Shown here: positions 14,382-26,908 of the stretch, piece by piece
How positions within the stretch are numbered: the first letter of the stretch is position 1
Layout: each line of letters begins with the position of its first letter
Assembly (NCBI RefSeq): GCF_009914755.1
Contig: NC_060929.1
Direction: 5' to 3' (one strand)
Origin: the human T2T-CHM13v2.0 reference genome, Homo sapiens
DNA: 64,000 bases
The notes under the pieces: model-generated
Told to the model about the DNA's origin: nothing
Seen by the model: the letters and a program-made list of their open reading frames with translations, nothing else
The model's database searches: none
Program-made: the position numbers and the translations under genes

Positions 14382-16144
14382 GTAAATTTATGACATTTTA
14401 CCAAAATGGGTCACTTTTTATTCAGGAAAATGAATTATTTATCTTAGAATCATGTGCTTTTATAATATTTAAAAATTACTTTTTTATAATCTAAGATCCA
14501 TGAAAAGATAGCAATAAAGTGGAAAGAGTTTTCTACTTGTTCAACTTAATTCTTCTAAGTATTAAGGTAATATGAATTTTAAACTATTGATATCTGTGAG
14601 TTATTTAATAAGGCAACTCTTTGTCAGGAAAAGGTCAAAATATCTAATTTCTAGAATTGGGTCTCTCAAAAATATATAGACATTTTAAAATTATGTATTT
14701 TACTTGATATATGTGAAGTAACATTTTACCTAGATACCCTGGGCCATACTGGCTATGGCCATTTAAAAGAACAACCTCCTTATAAGCCTTATCTAGATAT
14801 CAATACTGCTGATTAGCATTCCTATAGAAAAGTACTTCACTCAGTGACACATTGAATGCCAGTTCTTGGTGTGAGGGATCTAGAAGTGTACAAAACAGGT
14901 AAGATCTCCTCCAGAGGATATACATTTGATTGAGGGGAGGCATATAATAAGTAAACAAATTTACTGTCATATGACAAGATTTCTGTTATAATTTAGCCAA
15001 ATTCTTCTTTTCTTCTTTTGCAATTAAATGTGGTGGTGTTTTTGTTTATTTTATGAATATTAATGAGATACCGCATACTGAATTATTTATGTAAAAAATA
15101 TATTTTAGTAATATGATAGTGGTTACAATAAATCATTGGCCATGATTCAGAAGTGTTTCTGGTTATAAAAACATTTGTTAGAATCAAATTTAAGTTATTT
15201 TATAATCAGGTTTTCACCTTGTTAAAATTCATAACAAAAAACATTCTTGGTTATGAGGCTAGTTTTGGCAATACTGGTAGAAAAGTCTCTGTAGTAAGAA
15301 TTTGATTTTATAGTTAAACTGAAAATAGAAACAATGGAAACATAAAAGATACGTAATGCTTACTGTTTTTCAAGGATCAGGTGGGGTTTTTAGTACCTTT
15401 TTTGATCAGATTTTTGCATATTTGAATGAAATATAAAGGCTTAATATCATTTAAGCCTTTAAAGAGGAATAAAACATTGGTTTCCATGTTCTTCAGATAT
15501 TACATTTTAGTAATAATTTAACCAGTTTCCAAGGAAAGCTTGTAAAATGTGTGCTGAACCTTTCTTTCTGGTCTAGACCCTGCTGAGAAAAAGGGGAAGA
15601 CTAAGAAGTAATTTTTTTACTTAGATACACCGTACTTTTTGAAAATATTGTTCTAGAATTTTCTTGAGCATTAGTTATTTAGGATGTAGGAATATATTTC
15701 CATAGGAGTTATTCTGTGGTAGAGTTATTCCTAAACCAGCCTATGAAAAGTTCTGTTAGATTCAAGAAACGTGACATACTAATATATAATGCATGAGTGT
15801 TTCTTGTATGCTGATTCAAAGGAATCAATAATTTGAGACAACTGAGGAAATGATAATTTTATTGGGATTGGTAACCACTTTGGTTATGTAAGGACAATGC
15901 ACTCATTTTAACAGATGCATATTTAAATATGGAAGGATAAAATGACATGATGTGTGGGATTTACTTTTAAATATGTAAGCCAAAACAGAAAGGAAGCAGG
16001 AAAGAAAAAACAAAATAATGTTAGATAAATCAACTAGGTGAAATGTTCAAGGAACTAGGTCAGTGGTACTGTGAGATGTCCTACATTCTGAATTTGTCTC
16101 TGTTTTTTTCCTGGCACTATTTATTTCTATACCCTATGTATCTT

Positions 16145-16493
<349 letters not shown>

Positions 16494-16689
16494 TCAGGGT
16501 TTGATTTGATCCAGTGTTTTAACAAGAATATTTTATAGGTGGTGTTGTGAACTTTATATTGCAATACATCAGGAAGTACTTAATGTCTGTCCCAGAAAGA
16601 CCCATACTTTAAGAAAGATTATGAAATTCCTGACTGCGATGTTTGTGGCATTTATTCATAGAATTTTAGAATATAAAAATCTTGGAGTT

Positions 16690-16825
16690 TAGATATAATC
16701 CTTTTATTTTATTTAACAGATAAGGAAATTAAAGTTCCAATAAGTTACGAGGCTTGCTCAGGATCTCATACCTAGTTAGTTGTAAATTTAGAACTGCCAT
16801 AGACATCTATATTTCCTGACCTTAG
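16690..16825 (-). mobile_element. MIR fragment
   Basis: MIR core-like acagataaggaaattaaag...ttgctcaggatctcatacctagttagt. Confidence 0.55.
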
Positions 16826-16973
16826 TATTTTTAAATAATATTCCATAAATCATAAGATCATTGGGACTTTGGATTGAAATGGCATCTGCTTTGTATTATA
16901 AACTTATACATAACTGATCTTTGTATGACGAACTTATATATAACTGATCTTTGCTTCCTCCTTCTTGCTCAAG

Positions 16974-17151
16974 AGTACTGATGAAATCTCCATCTCCAGC
17001 ATTACACCCACCTCAGAAGTACAAAGATAGAGGAATTTTACATCCTAAACGAGGTACTGAGGACCGATCAGATCAGTCTTCTCTGAAATCTACAGACAGC
17101 AGTAGTTACCCAAGTCCTTGTGCTAGTCCTTCTCCTCCATCCTCAGGAAAG
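16974..17151 (+). CDS. YTHDC2: YTHDC2 coding exon, Ser/Pro-rich linker
   Basis: Pyrimidine tract plus ctcaag| ... |gtaaga. AG+A gives Arg, then VLMKSPSPALHPPQK...SPSPPSSGK. Length 178 nt. Confidence 0.93.
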
Positions 17152-17445
17152 GTAAGAGTATCTGAAAGAAAATGTAGTAAGGAACAGATTTGTAGCACAT
17201 GTAATCCTAGGTAAATAAAATTGTAAAACAATTAGAGTACTTTTCTAATTGTGGCCTCTTCTAGATGTAAGTTGAAGCTAGCAAACTTGATACAGTTTGA
17301 GTAAATTTTAAAGTTTTTCCTGCATGCCAAATATTTCTAGTTATTACCATCTTGGGGTATTTTAGAATGCTTTAAAACTATAGATCATTCACTACTGGCA
17401 TGTAGGTAGGCTGTTTATTATTTCTTTCCTATTTCTTTCGAATCC

Positions 17446-17752
17446 TTTTTTTTTTTTTTTTTTTTTTGAGGTGGGGTCCCACTCTTTTACCCAGGCTGGA
17501 GTGCTGTGGTACAATCATATCTACTGCAGCCTTGAACTCCTGGGCTCAAGTGATCTTCACACTTCAGCTTTTGAGTAGCTGGGACCACAGGTGCATGCCA
17601 CCATGCCCAGCTGATTAAAGAAAAATTCTTTTTTTATAGATGGGGATCTCCCTTTGTTGCCTCGGTTGGCCTCAAACTCCTGGGCTCAAGTGATCTTCCC
17701 ATCTCAGCCTCCGAGTGGCAGGGATTACAGGTGTGAGCCACCATGCCCAGCC
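17446..17752 (-). mobile_element. AluJ
   Basis: Poly-T tail plus diverged Alu dimer. Confidence 0.9.
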
Positions 17753-19526
17753 CTTTAGAAACTTTTTTGCTAAAATAAATAACAAAAAGATTAATTTAAC
17801 TTTGGTTTATAATTTCAGAATCGAAAACAGTGGTTTCTTTCTATTGTTAATTGGTTTCTACAGTGGTTATATTAAAAAAAAAACAAGATGGGATAGGGTT
17901 AGGAAGGTAGGAGATGTTGATAAGAAATTGAAAACTATCTTTAAAAAAACTTGTAATAAGAATAATTTTAAATGTTCATGATGTGATGACTTTACTGTTT
18001 TAGTAGCTAAGTATTTGATTAGGGGTTATTTAGCTGCATATTGTATTTTGGCGAATGTGCCTGTTGAAATACTCTTTGTTAAATAAGAGGAAAATAAATG
18101 TTTTTGTAGATTTGCATTCTTAGGTTTTGAAGTTTTTTGGTTTATTTATACACCTTTATTAAGGTGTAACTTACAATAAAATTCACCAGTTTAAACTGTA
18201 TAATTTAATGAATTTTGGCAAATGTATACAATCATGTAACTATACCACAATCATCTACACATTTCCATCACCCCTACTCCCTGGTAACCCACTGTTCTGC
18301 TCTTTGTCCCTTGAGTTTTGCCTTTTCTAGAATTTCCTGTAAATGGAATCATATATATGTAACGTTTTGTGTCTGGCTTATTTCACTTAATAGAATCCTT
18401 TTGAAATTTCTATTAAGTGAAATAAGCCAGACACAAAATGCTACATACATAAGATTCAGTGTATCAACAATCTATCCATATTGTTGAGTATATTATTAGT
18501 TTATCTAATTACTGAGTAGTATTCCATTTCTAGATAGACTATGGTTGGTTTTTCCATTCATCAGTTGATGGACATTTGGGTTGTTTGCACTTTTTGGCTA
18601 TTATGAATAAAGTTGCTAACATTGTACTAACTGGTACTAACATTCAAGTAAAATCTTTGTGTCTAAATATGTTTTCTATTATTTGGCAAATCCCTAGGAT
18701 TAGTATTGTTTGAGTTGTTTGATAAATGTATATTTAGCTTTACAAGAAACTGTCCAACTGTTTTCCAAAATGACAGCACTATTTTGCATTTCCTTTAACA
18801 ATCTTAAGAGTTCCATTTGCTCCATATTCTTGACAATATTTGGCATTTTAGCTTTTGTAATTTTAGCCATTCCAGTTGGGTATGTGGTAATAGGCCATTA
18901 TAGTTTTAATTTGTATTTTCCCAGTTACTAATGATGTTGAGCATCTTTTCATGTGCTTATTAGCCATTGTGTATCATCTTTGTGAAATGTCTGTTCAAAT
19001 CTTAGTTCACTTTTTGTTGTTGGTTTTTGTTGATTTGTCATCTTTCACTGAGTTGTAAGAGTTTTCTGTATATTCTGGGTACAAGGCTTAATTATTATAT
19101 GTTTTGCATATTTTTTCTAACAGTATGTGGCTTGTCTTTCCATTTCCTTAACAGTGCCTTTTGAAGAGCAAATGTTTTTAATTTTGATGGAGTCCATTTC
19201 ATCAGCTTTTTCTATTATGATTAGTATTTTTTTGTGTACTAAGAAATTTTGTGTACCAAACCCAAGATCATAATTTTCTCCTATGTTTTTAGAAGTTTTA
19301 TAGTTGGCAATCTTACATTTTAGATATATGATTTATTTTAAGTTAATTTTCGTTTATAGTATGGGTGAGTCAAGAATTACTCGTTGGCTTTTGCTTATAC
19401 AATTGTTCCAGTACCGTTTGTTAAAACCATTTGTTTTTTTCCATTGAGTTACACTGACACCTTTGTCAAAAATCAACTGGCCATAAATATGTGGTCTACT
19501 TATTGGACTCTTCAGTTTCATTAATA

Positions 19527-19560
<34 letters not shown>

Positions 19561-20294
19561 ATATATAAATATATATTATGTATTCATATATAATATATAA
19601 ATATATATTATGTATTCATATATAATATATAAATATATATTATGTATTCATATATAATATATAAATATATATTATGTATTCATATATAATATATAAATAT
19701 ATATTATGTATTCATATATAATATATAAATATATATTATGTATTCATATATAATATATAAATATATATTATGTATTCATATATAATATATAAATATATAT
19801 TATGTATTCATATATAATATATAAATATATATTATGTATTCATATATAATATATAAATATATATTATGTATTCATATATAATATATAAATATATATTATG
19901 TATTCATATATAATATATAAATATATATTATGTATTCATATATAATATATAAATATATATTATGTATTCATATATAATATATAAATATATATTATGTATT
20001 CATATATAATATATAAATATATATTATGTATTCATATATAATATATAAATATATATTATGTATTCATATATAATATATAAATATATATTATGTATTCATA
20101 TATAATATATAAATATATATTATGTATTCATATATAATATATAAATATATATTATGTATTCATATATAATATATAAATATATATTATGTATTCATATATA
20201 ATATATAAATATATATTATGTATTCATATATAATATATAAATATATATTATGTATTCATATATAATATATAAATATATATTATGTATTCATATA
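19561..20294. repeat. AT-rich minisatellite, 32-bp unit x ~23
   Basis: Unit atatataaatatatattatgtattcatatata repeated without visible mismatch (lines 19561 and 20041 are identical, 480 = 15 x 32). Preceded by (CT)n(AT)n and followed by degenerate AT-rich sequence to about 20420. Confidence 0.97.
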
Positions 20295-21381
20295 ATATAT
20301 ATAATGTATTTATATGTAATATATATTATGTATTTATATATTAATATATTGTACATACATAATATATAGTATATTTATATATTAATATAATTAATATTTA
20401 TGACATATTATTATATATATATTTGCCAGTGGTACACTGACATTATTTTAGTAGCTTTATAGTAAGTCTTGAAATCAGTTAATCCTTCAATCAATTGTCC
20501 TTCAACTTTGTTTATCTTCTTCAATATTATTTTGGCTGTTCCAGGTCCTTTGTACTTTCATATAAACTTTAAAGTCAGCTCATCAGTTTCTGCAGAAAAA
20601 TTTTTTGGTATTTTGAGTGGAATTGCATTGAATCTATAGATCAATTTAAAGAAAATCAACAATTAACACTTCTTAGTCTTCTAATCCATAAGCATAGTAT
20701 ATCTGTTCATTATTTGGATAGTCTTTAATTTCTCTCAACAATGTTTTATAAATTTCAGAGTACAAGTATTACAATTTTTTGTTAAATTTCTCCCTAAGTA
20801 TTTAATGTTTTTGATACTGTTCTTTAGAATTTTAATTGCAGGTATTCATTGTTAGTATATACAAATACATTTGATATTTGTATATCTGCCCTGAATCCTA
20901 TGACCTTATTTCATTTATTAATTCTATTAGCTTTTTATGCCTTCTGATAATAAAGATAATTTTACTCTTTTCCTTTTCAATCTGATTGCTGTTTATTTCT
21001 TTTTTACCTTATCTCTCTGGCCAGAGCCTCCAGCAAAATATTGTTCAGTGTTGAGAGCCACATATCTTTCCCTTGATCTTAGGGGGAAAGCATTTTTTGT
21101 CTGTTAGTATGGTGAATTTCATTGCTTGATTTTCTTATGTTTATACCCCACTTGGTCATGGTGTTATTTTTATATATTGCTGGATATAATTTTGTTAAAT
21201 GAGGGATCTTTGTTCATGAGGGGTATTATTCTGTAGTTCTTTTTTCTTATGTATCTTTGTATGGTTTTGATGTCAGAGTAATGCCGGCCTCATAAGATTA
21301 GTTGGGAAGTGTTTGTCCCACTTCAGTATTTTAGAAGAGATGTGTAGAATTGGTATTATTTCTTCCTTGAATATTTGATAG

Positions 21382-21825
<444 letters not shown>

Positions 21826-22196
21826 TAGTCAGTTACCTTTATGAAGATTTCAAAGTCAGAAAAATATATTTTTACATTTATTATTACTAATCTTGTGCTC
21901 ATTATACTTTTATGTTAATACGAATGTCCATTTTGTATTATTTACTTCTGCCTGAAGAACCTCCTTTCTGGGACTCTGGATACACAGATGTAAGACCATC
22001 TCATATGGTTCCACAGGTCACCGATGTTCTCTTCATTTTTTTCAGTCATTTTTCTGTCTTCATTTCAGATAGTTCTACTGTTTTGTCTGTACGTTCACTG
22101 ATGTTTTTATTTAGTGTCTAATCTGCTGTTCTTTCCTTCTAATGTGTTTTTAAAGGCAGTATTTTCATCTCTAGAAGTTCAAGTCTTTTAAAAATT

Positions 22197-22243
<47 letters not shown>

Positions 22244-22248
22244 CTTCT

Positions 22249-22549
22249 GGCCCGGCGTGGTTTATGTCTGTAATCCCAGTGGTTTAGGAGGCCAGGTTGG
22301 GATGATAGCTTGAGGCTAGGAGTTTGAGAACAACCTGGGCAACATAGGAAGACCCTATCATCTCTACAAAAGAATAAAAAAATTAGTTGGGCATGGTGAT
22401 GGGCCACCTGTATTCCTAGCTACTGGGGAGGCTGAGGCAGGAGGATCACATGAACCCAGGAATTTGATTTTATAGTGAGCTGTGATTGTGCCACTGCATT
22501 CCAGCCTGTATGACAGAGTGAGACCCTGTCCCCCTAAAAAAAGTTAATA
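22249..22549 (+). mobile_element. AluJ (sense to YTHDC2)
   Basis: GGCCCGGCGTGG start; TSD atatcttc; preceded by poly-A/(AT)n. Confidence 0.9.
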
Positions 22550-22696
22550 ATATCTTCCATTTCTCCTCTCATTATGTTCAAGTTTTCCTCTACCTTCTTG
22601 GACATAATGAATGTATTTATAACAGATGCTTTAACATTCTTGTCTCCTAATTACATCAGCTCTGTCATCTCTGAGACTGTTTCTGTTTATTACTTT

Positions 22697-22947
22697 TGGC
22701 ATTTTTTTCTTTTACTTTTCTTTCTGTTTTGTCTTCTTGTTATCCAGTGCTTTGTCTGTGGAGAAAATGCAAGTACAAATTTTATATTCCATATGCACAT
22801 GAGAAACGGGTTCAGATTTGTAAAGAGCTAGTAAAAATCTACTTGTAAATGTGTCTGATTGCTCATTGCAATCAGAGTCTCAAGATGACAACAGTATTTA
22901 ACTTCTCTTCAGCCTTAATTATGTAAATAACAACCTTTGTATATTCT
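22697..22947 (+). repeat. Diverged direct copy of 24988-25245
   Basis: Colinear shared blocks: gttatccagtgcttt, agtacaaattttatattccatatgcacatg, ctacttgtaaatgtgtctgattgctc, tcagagtctcaagatgacaa, agtatttaacttctctt. Confidence 0.93.
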
Positions 22948-23841
22948 TTGTGTTTCTTATAATTTTGTTGGGCAGCTAGGTTTTTGTATATTCCTTTCAA
23001 TAGCGTTAGACTTTGTTGTGATGCACAGTTTAGTTGCAATCAGTTGAATCCTTTTGAAGTTTGCTTTTAAGTAATGTTAGGAATGGGCCAGAGCAGTCTT
23101 TATTCTGTTATTAATTTAGTTCCAATACTAAGGTATGGCCCTTCTGTGGGCCAGTACCATATATATTACAGGTTCTATCTGTTCTGGCTGAAGATAACAC
23201 GAAATATTCCCAGCCATGAGTGAGCTCTAGGAATTGTTTGGTCTACTTGTTTTCCTTTGGATCTTTCCCTAGCCTTGGGTTATTTATCTTTTTTCTCACT
23301 CATGTTCAGGTCAGCACTTAGCCAAAAACTTGTGGGAACCCCTCTGTGTTTCCTTTGGAGCTCTCTTTATGTGCAGCTCCTTTCTGTCTAAGATAGTACA
23401 TTGCCATGCACAGTAGCCACTTCGGTCTCTGAACTCCAGTGTCTTTCTGCACAACTTAATGAGACCACTGGACTCTGTTTTTCTTTGTCCTCTGAAAACT
23501 GCCTCCAGGCAGTAAGCTGGAGAAGTATTTGTTTTGTTTTCTGATTTTGAAAGTTTATTAAAACAATTTCTGAAAGTATATTTGAGGTATAAACCAAAGT
23601 TGGTACTCCAGGAGCCTTTGTTGATAAGGGATTTTGAATGCTCTGAAAATGAGTACTTGTTTTTGGCTAACTTTATTTTGGTTGAGTCTTGTGTAGGTTT
23701 CAGACATGATAGAGCTATTTGCATTTGTTGAATATATGATAAAATATTTTGGCTTATATGTTTATGAAGATGTTATTTAATGGAGCCTCTTGGTTTTGAA
23801 AGGTCAGGTTACCTTTCAAGAACTTATGTTTTCTTTTATAG

Positions 23842-24045
23842 GGCTCAAAATCTCCTTCGCCAAGACCAAACATGCCTGTTCGATACTTCATAATGAAGAG
23901 TAGCAATTTGAGAAACCTTGAAATTTCTCAACAGAAGGGTATCTGGTCTACAACTCCTAGTAATGAACGGAAGCTAAATCGAGCCTTTTGGGAAAGCAGC
24001 ATAGTTTACTTGGTATTTTCTGTTCAAGGATCTGGACATTTCCAG
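23842..24045 (+). CDS. YTHDC2: YTHDC2 coding exon, N-terminal half of YTH domain
   Basis: ttttatag| ... |gtgagc. Translates GSKSPSPRPNMPVRYFIMKSSN...GIWSTT...VFSVQGSGHFQ, with the YTH signature RYFIMKS and the first aromatic-cage Trp. Confidence 0.97.
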
Positions 24046-24796
24046 GTGAGCCACCCTGAATCAGTAAAATGGGGTTGTTCTGGCTGTAGGTTAAATCATA
24101 GAGATTTTTAGAAAAACAACTGGCTTTTCATTGCATCAGAATGCAAGAATGCCTTTTGCTTGACTGAGAATAAGGGATATATTGCATCTCTTTAGAGGAT
24201 GATAGAACTGGAATCCTCTTTGTTTTTGCCTTGTCTTACCAGAGTCTTTCCAGGTAAACTATGTTTCCTTCTGAAGACAACTTTAGATTTACTAATTCTC
24301 AAGTGGATTCAAAGTAATGAGAAGCTTGACCTTTTGGTAAAATATTTATTTAAATAGGCCAAGGAAGTTAGTATTGACAATCAGTAAACTAAGTATGTTT
24401 CTTAACCCATCACCCATCTTGACTTAATGTATACCTGAATTTATAAAATAATACATTTATTATTTGATGTTTATTATAATTTTTGGAAATGAAAGCTTAG
24501 AGGTTAGCTTGTATCCATTTATCATGGAATAAAAATATGGACTTTGCTATTTTATTTAGAAATCATTATTGATATTTGAAATTGTTAGGAGGCTAGAACT
24601 GTTTTTTTCTAAAATTTGCTAAGAGAGCTTTTAATGAAAAATTTAGTAGCTTATTTTTTGTTTTTGTTAGGTATCTGTTATTTCAATATTATATCTTAAT
24701 CTTAAAATTTTAAAAACTCAGCCTTCTCAGATAAATTAAATTTAGACATGCTAATCTCCTCCTCACCTCTATTCCTTCCTCCCATTTTAACTACAG

Positions 24797-24979
24797 GGAT
24801 TTTCTAGGATGTCTTCTGAGATTGGAAGGGAAAAGAGTCAGGACTGGGGCTCTGCTGGACTAGGAGGAGTATTTAAGGTGGAGTGGATACGAAAAGAAAG
24901 CCTTCCCTTTCAATTTGCACACCATTTACTCAATCCATGGAATGACAACAAGAAAGTGCAGATAAGCAGGGATGGGCAG
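24797..24979 (+). CDS. YTHDC2: YTHDC2 coding exon, C-terminal half of YTH domain
   Basis: ctacag| ... |gtatac. Translates GFSRMSS...QDWGSAGLGGVFKVEW...NPWNDNKKVQISRDGQ, with the YTH motif SRDGQ and cage Trp/Leu. Confidence 0.97.
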
Positions 24980-25379
24980 GTATACAATGGCATTTTTTTT
25001 TTTATTTACTTTTGTTTCTGTTTGTTTTCTGTTATCCAGTGCTTTAATTGAGGAGAAAATGTAAGAGTACAAATTTTATATTCCATATGCACATGGGAAA
25101 CAGGGGTTCAGGTTTGTAAAAAGATAGTAAAAACCTACTTGTAAATGTGTCTGATTGCTCCTTGCAGTCAGAGTCTCAAGATGACAATAGTATTTAACTT
25201 CTCTTTGGCTTTAATTATGTAAAGTAAATAACCTTTTTATATTCTAGTGGCTTGTTTATTTCTATTGTGTTTTGCTTTGTCTTCATGATGCTATTTACAT
25301 GCATTTTAAGCTAGTTAAGATGATGGAAATTAATGTATATTGACCAAATACTATGCTAGCTGCTTTAGAAGATATAATT

Positions 25380-25500
25380 TATTTCTTATGATTAAATTAT
25401 TAGTCCAATTTTATATAGGAGAAAATAGACTCAAAGATTAGTTTTGCCTAAGGTCACACAGCTAATAATTTATCTGAACCAGTATGACTCGTTTCAAATC
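25380..25500 (-). mobile_element. MIR fragment
   Basis: ttgcctaaggtcacacagctaataa MIR core. Confidence 0.6.
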
Positions 25501-26103
25501 ACCATGTAAAAAGTGTTTGGGTTCTTCTTAAGTGCTTATCATAGGTTATCATTCCACAGGAGTACTATGAAGTGGGATTCTTTTCAATTGTGTGAGAATA
25601 ATTTCATTTTTATTCTATAATAATGATTTTGAAGAAATATGTTAGCTAGAAATCTTAGAAGAAAAAATATTTTAATAATTTTCAAGATAAGAAGATATAG
25701 TTGCTTAAGAGAGTTCCTTGGAAAAAAACCCAACATCGAATATGCTAGGTTTCACAGTAAACCTTTGGAAGTTCCAGCTGAGTGCTTTTGCTGAATCTCT
25801 ATGAAAAACAAAATCCATTATTTTTAGGTAGAAACAGTTCCAGGACTCCATGGGAATCTGTTGCCATTTTGTCACAAAAGTTGAGAGATTTTGCAGATTA
25901 ACTGTAATCTTAAATCTGGAAGTCAACTCCATAAACCTTAAAGCAAAGAATTAGAACAATTCATACCAGATGATTTTAGCATACGCTGGTAGGAAAATGA
26001 AATTTAAAGTGATTTTCTTACATTTTTATCAGTGTAGGTTTTGGTCATTAAAAATTTTCACTCCAGTTCTTTTTATGTTTATTTTGACTTCTGATTTATC
26101 TAG

Positions 26104-26184
26104 GAACTAGAACCTCAGGTTGGTGAACAGTTGCTCCAGTTATGGGAACGTCTTCCCTTGGGAGAAAAAAACACAACTGATTGA
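26104..26184 (+). CDS. YTHDC2: YTHDC2 last coding exon (coding part, stop TGA 26182-26184)
   Basis: tttatctag| then ELEPQVGEQLLQLWERLPLGEKNTTD*, matching the YTHDC2 C-terminus. Confidence 0.96.
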   Translation, partial: ELEPQVGEQLLQLWERLPLGEKNTTD

Positions 26185-26191
26185 CACTCAG

Positions 26192-26282
26192 GTTATACCA
26201 TCTTGACTTTGAGTATTGGCAGTATTTGTGATCATTAGGAACCTTTCAGATTATTTATCTTTTTTTTTCCCCTTTCTTCTAG
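26192..26282 (+). other. YTHDC2: Probable 91-nt intron in the 3' UTR
   Basis: CAG|GTTATA donor 7 nt after the stop. Long pyrimidine tract (tctttttttttcccctttcttct) followed by AG at 26281-26282. Confidence 0.7.
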
Positions 26283-26852
26283 AACTCTTAGCTGTGGAAG
26301 AACATCATGCCTATTTATAACCACTGAATGCACTGACTTTCAAAAACTGAGGTGGGGTGTGTGTTACGAATGGGCTTTTTAACACTTTTAGAGTGTTGCT
26401 TTAGAACTACCATCTTCATATACAGGAGAAAGGAAGCATTTAAATTTTTATAGTGATTATAGAGAATGATTATATGATGTTTGTAATGAATAAAATAGTA
26501 GTTTCATTATTTGGCACAATAGCAGTTTATTTTAAACAAACAATTTGAAGTTAAACATTTCATTTTTAAAAACACTGAATTACAGTTCTTATTGATGACT
26601 TTTTAATGCAGAGTAAGTTGTTTAAGAAAGGCCTGAATATATCAGAACATCTGAGCACCATTTTAGAAGAGTCAACTCTTAAGATTATCATTAGAAAACA
26701 AATACGTCAACACCTATGAAAAGAAGCGGGGAAAACAACAACAAGGACAACAACAAAAAACCAGTGAAATTCTACAAGTGTCCCTTTTAAAAATAGTATG
26801 TGCTAACTAAGGGCTATTCATTCTGCCATTTTTAACTTGAGACACATTTAAG

Positions 26853-26908
26853 AATAAAGTTGGATGTTCTTTTTCTGTGATTATGAAATGCAATAAAATC
26901 TGAATAAA
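26853..26908 (+). terminator. YTHDC2: Cluster of three AATAAA hexamers, candidate proximal poly(A) site
   Basis: AATAAA at 26853, 26892 and 26903. Confidence 0.45.

Noticed and set aside
19561-20294. Regular 32-bp array resembling a CRISPR repeat length
   Set aside because: The units are contiguous with no unique spacers, there are no cas genes, and the context is a eukaryotic intron; it is a minisatellite.
23311-23724. 137-aa antisense ORF next to the YTH exon
   Set aside because: Partly L1M-derived, with no domain or splice support; consistent with chance.
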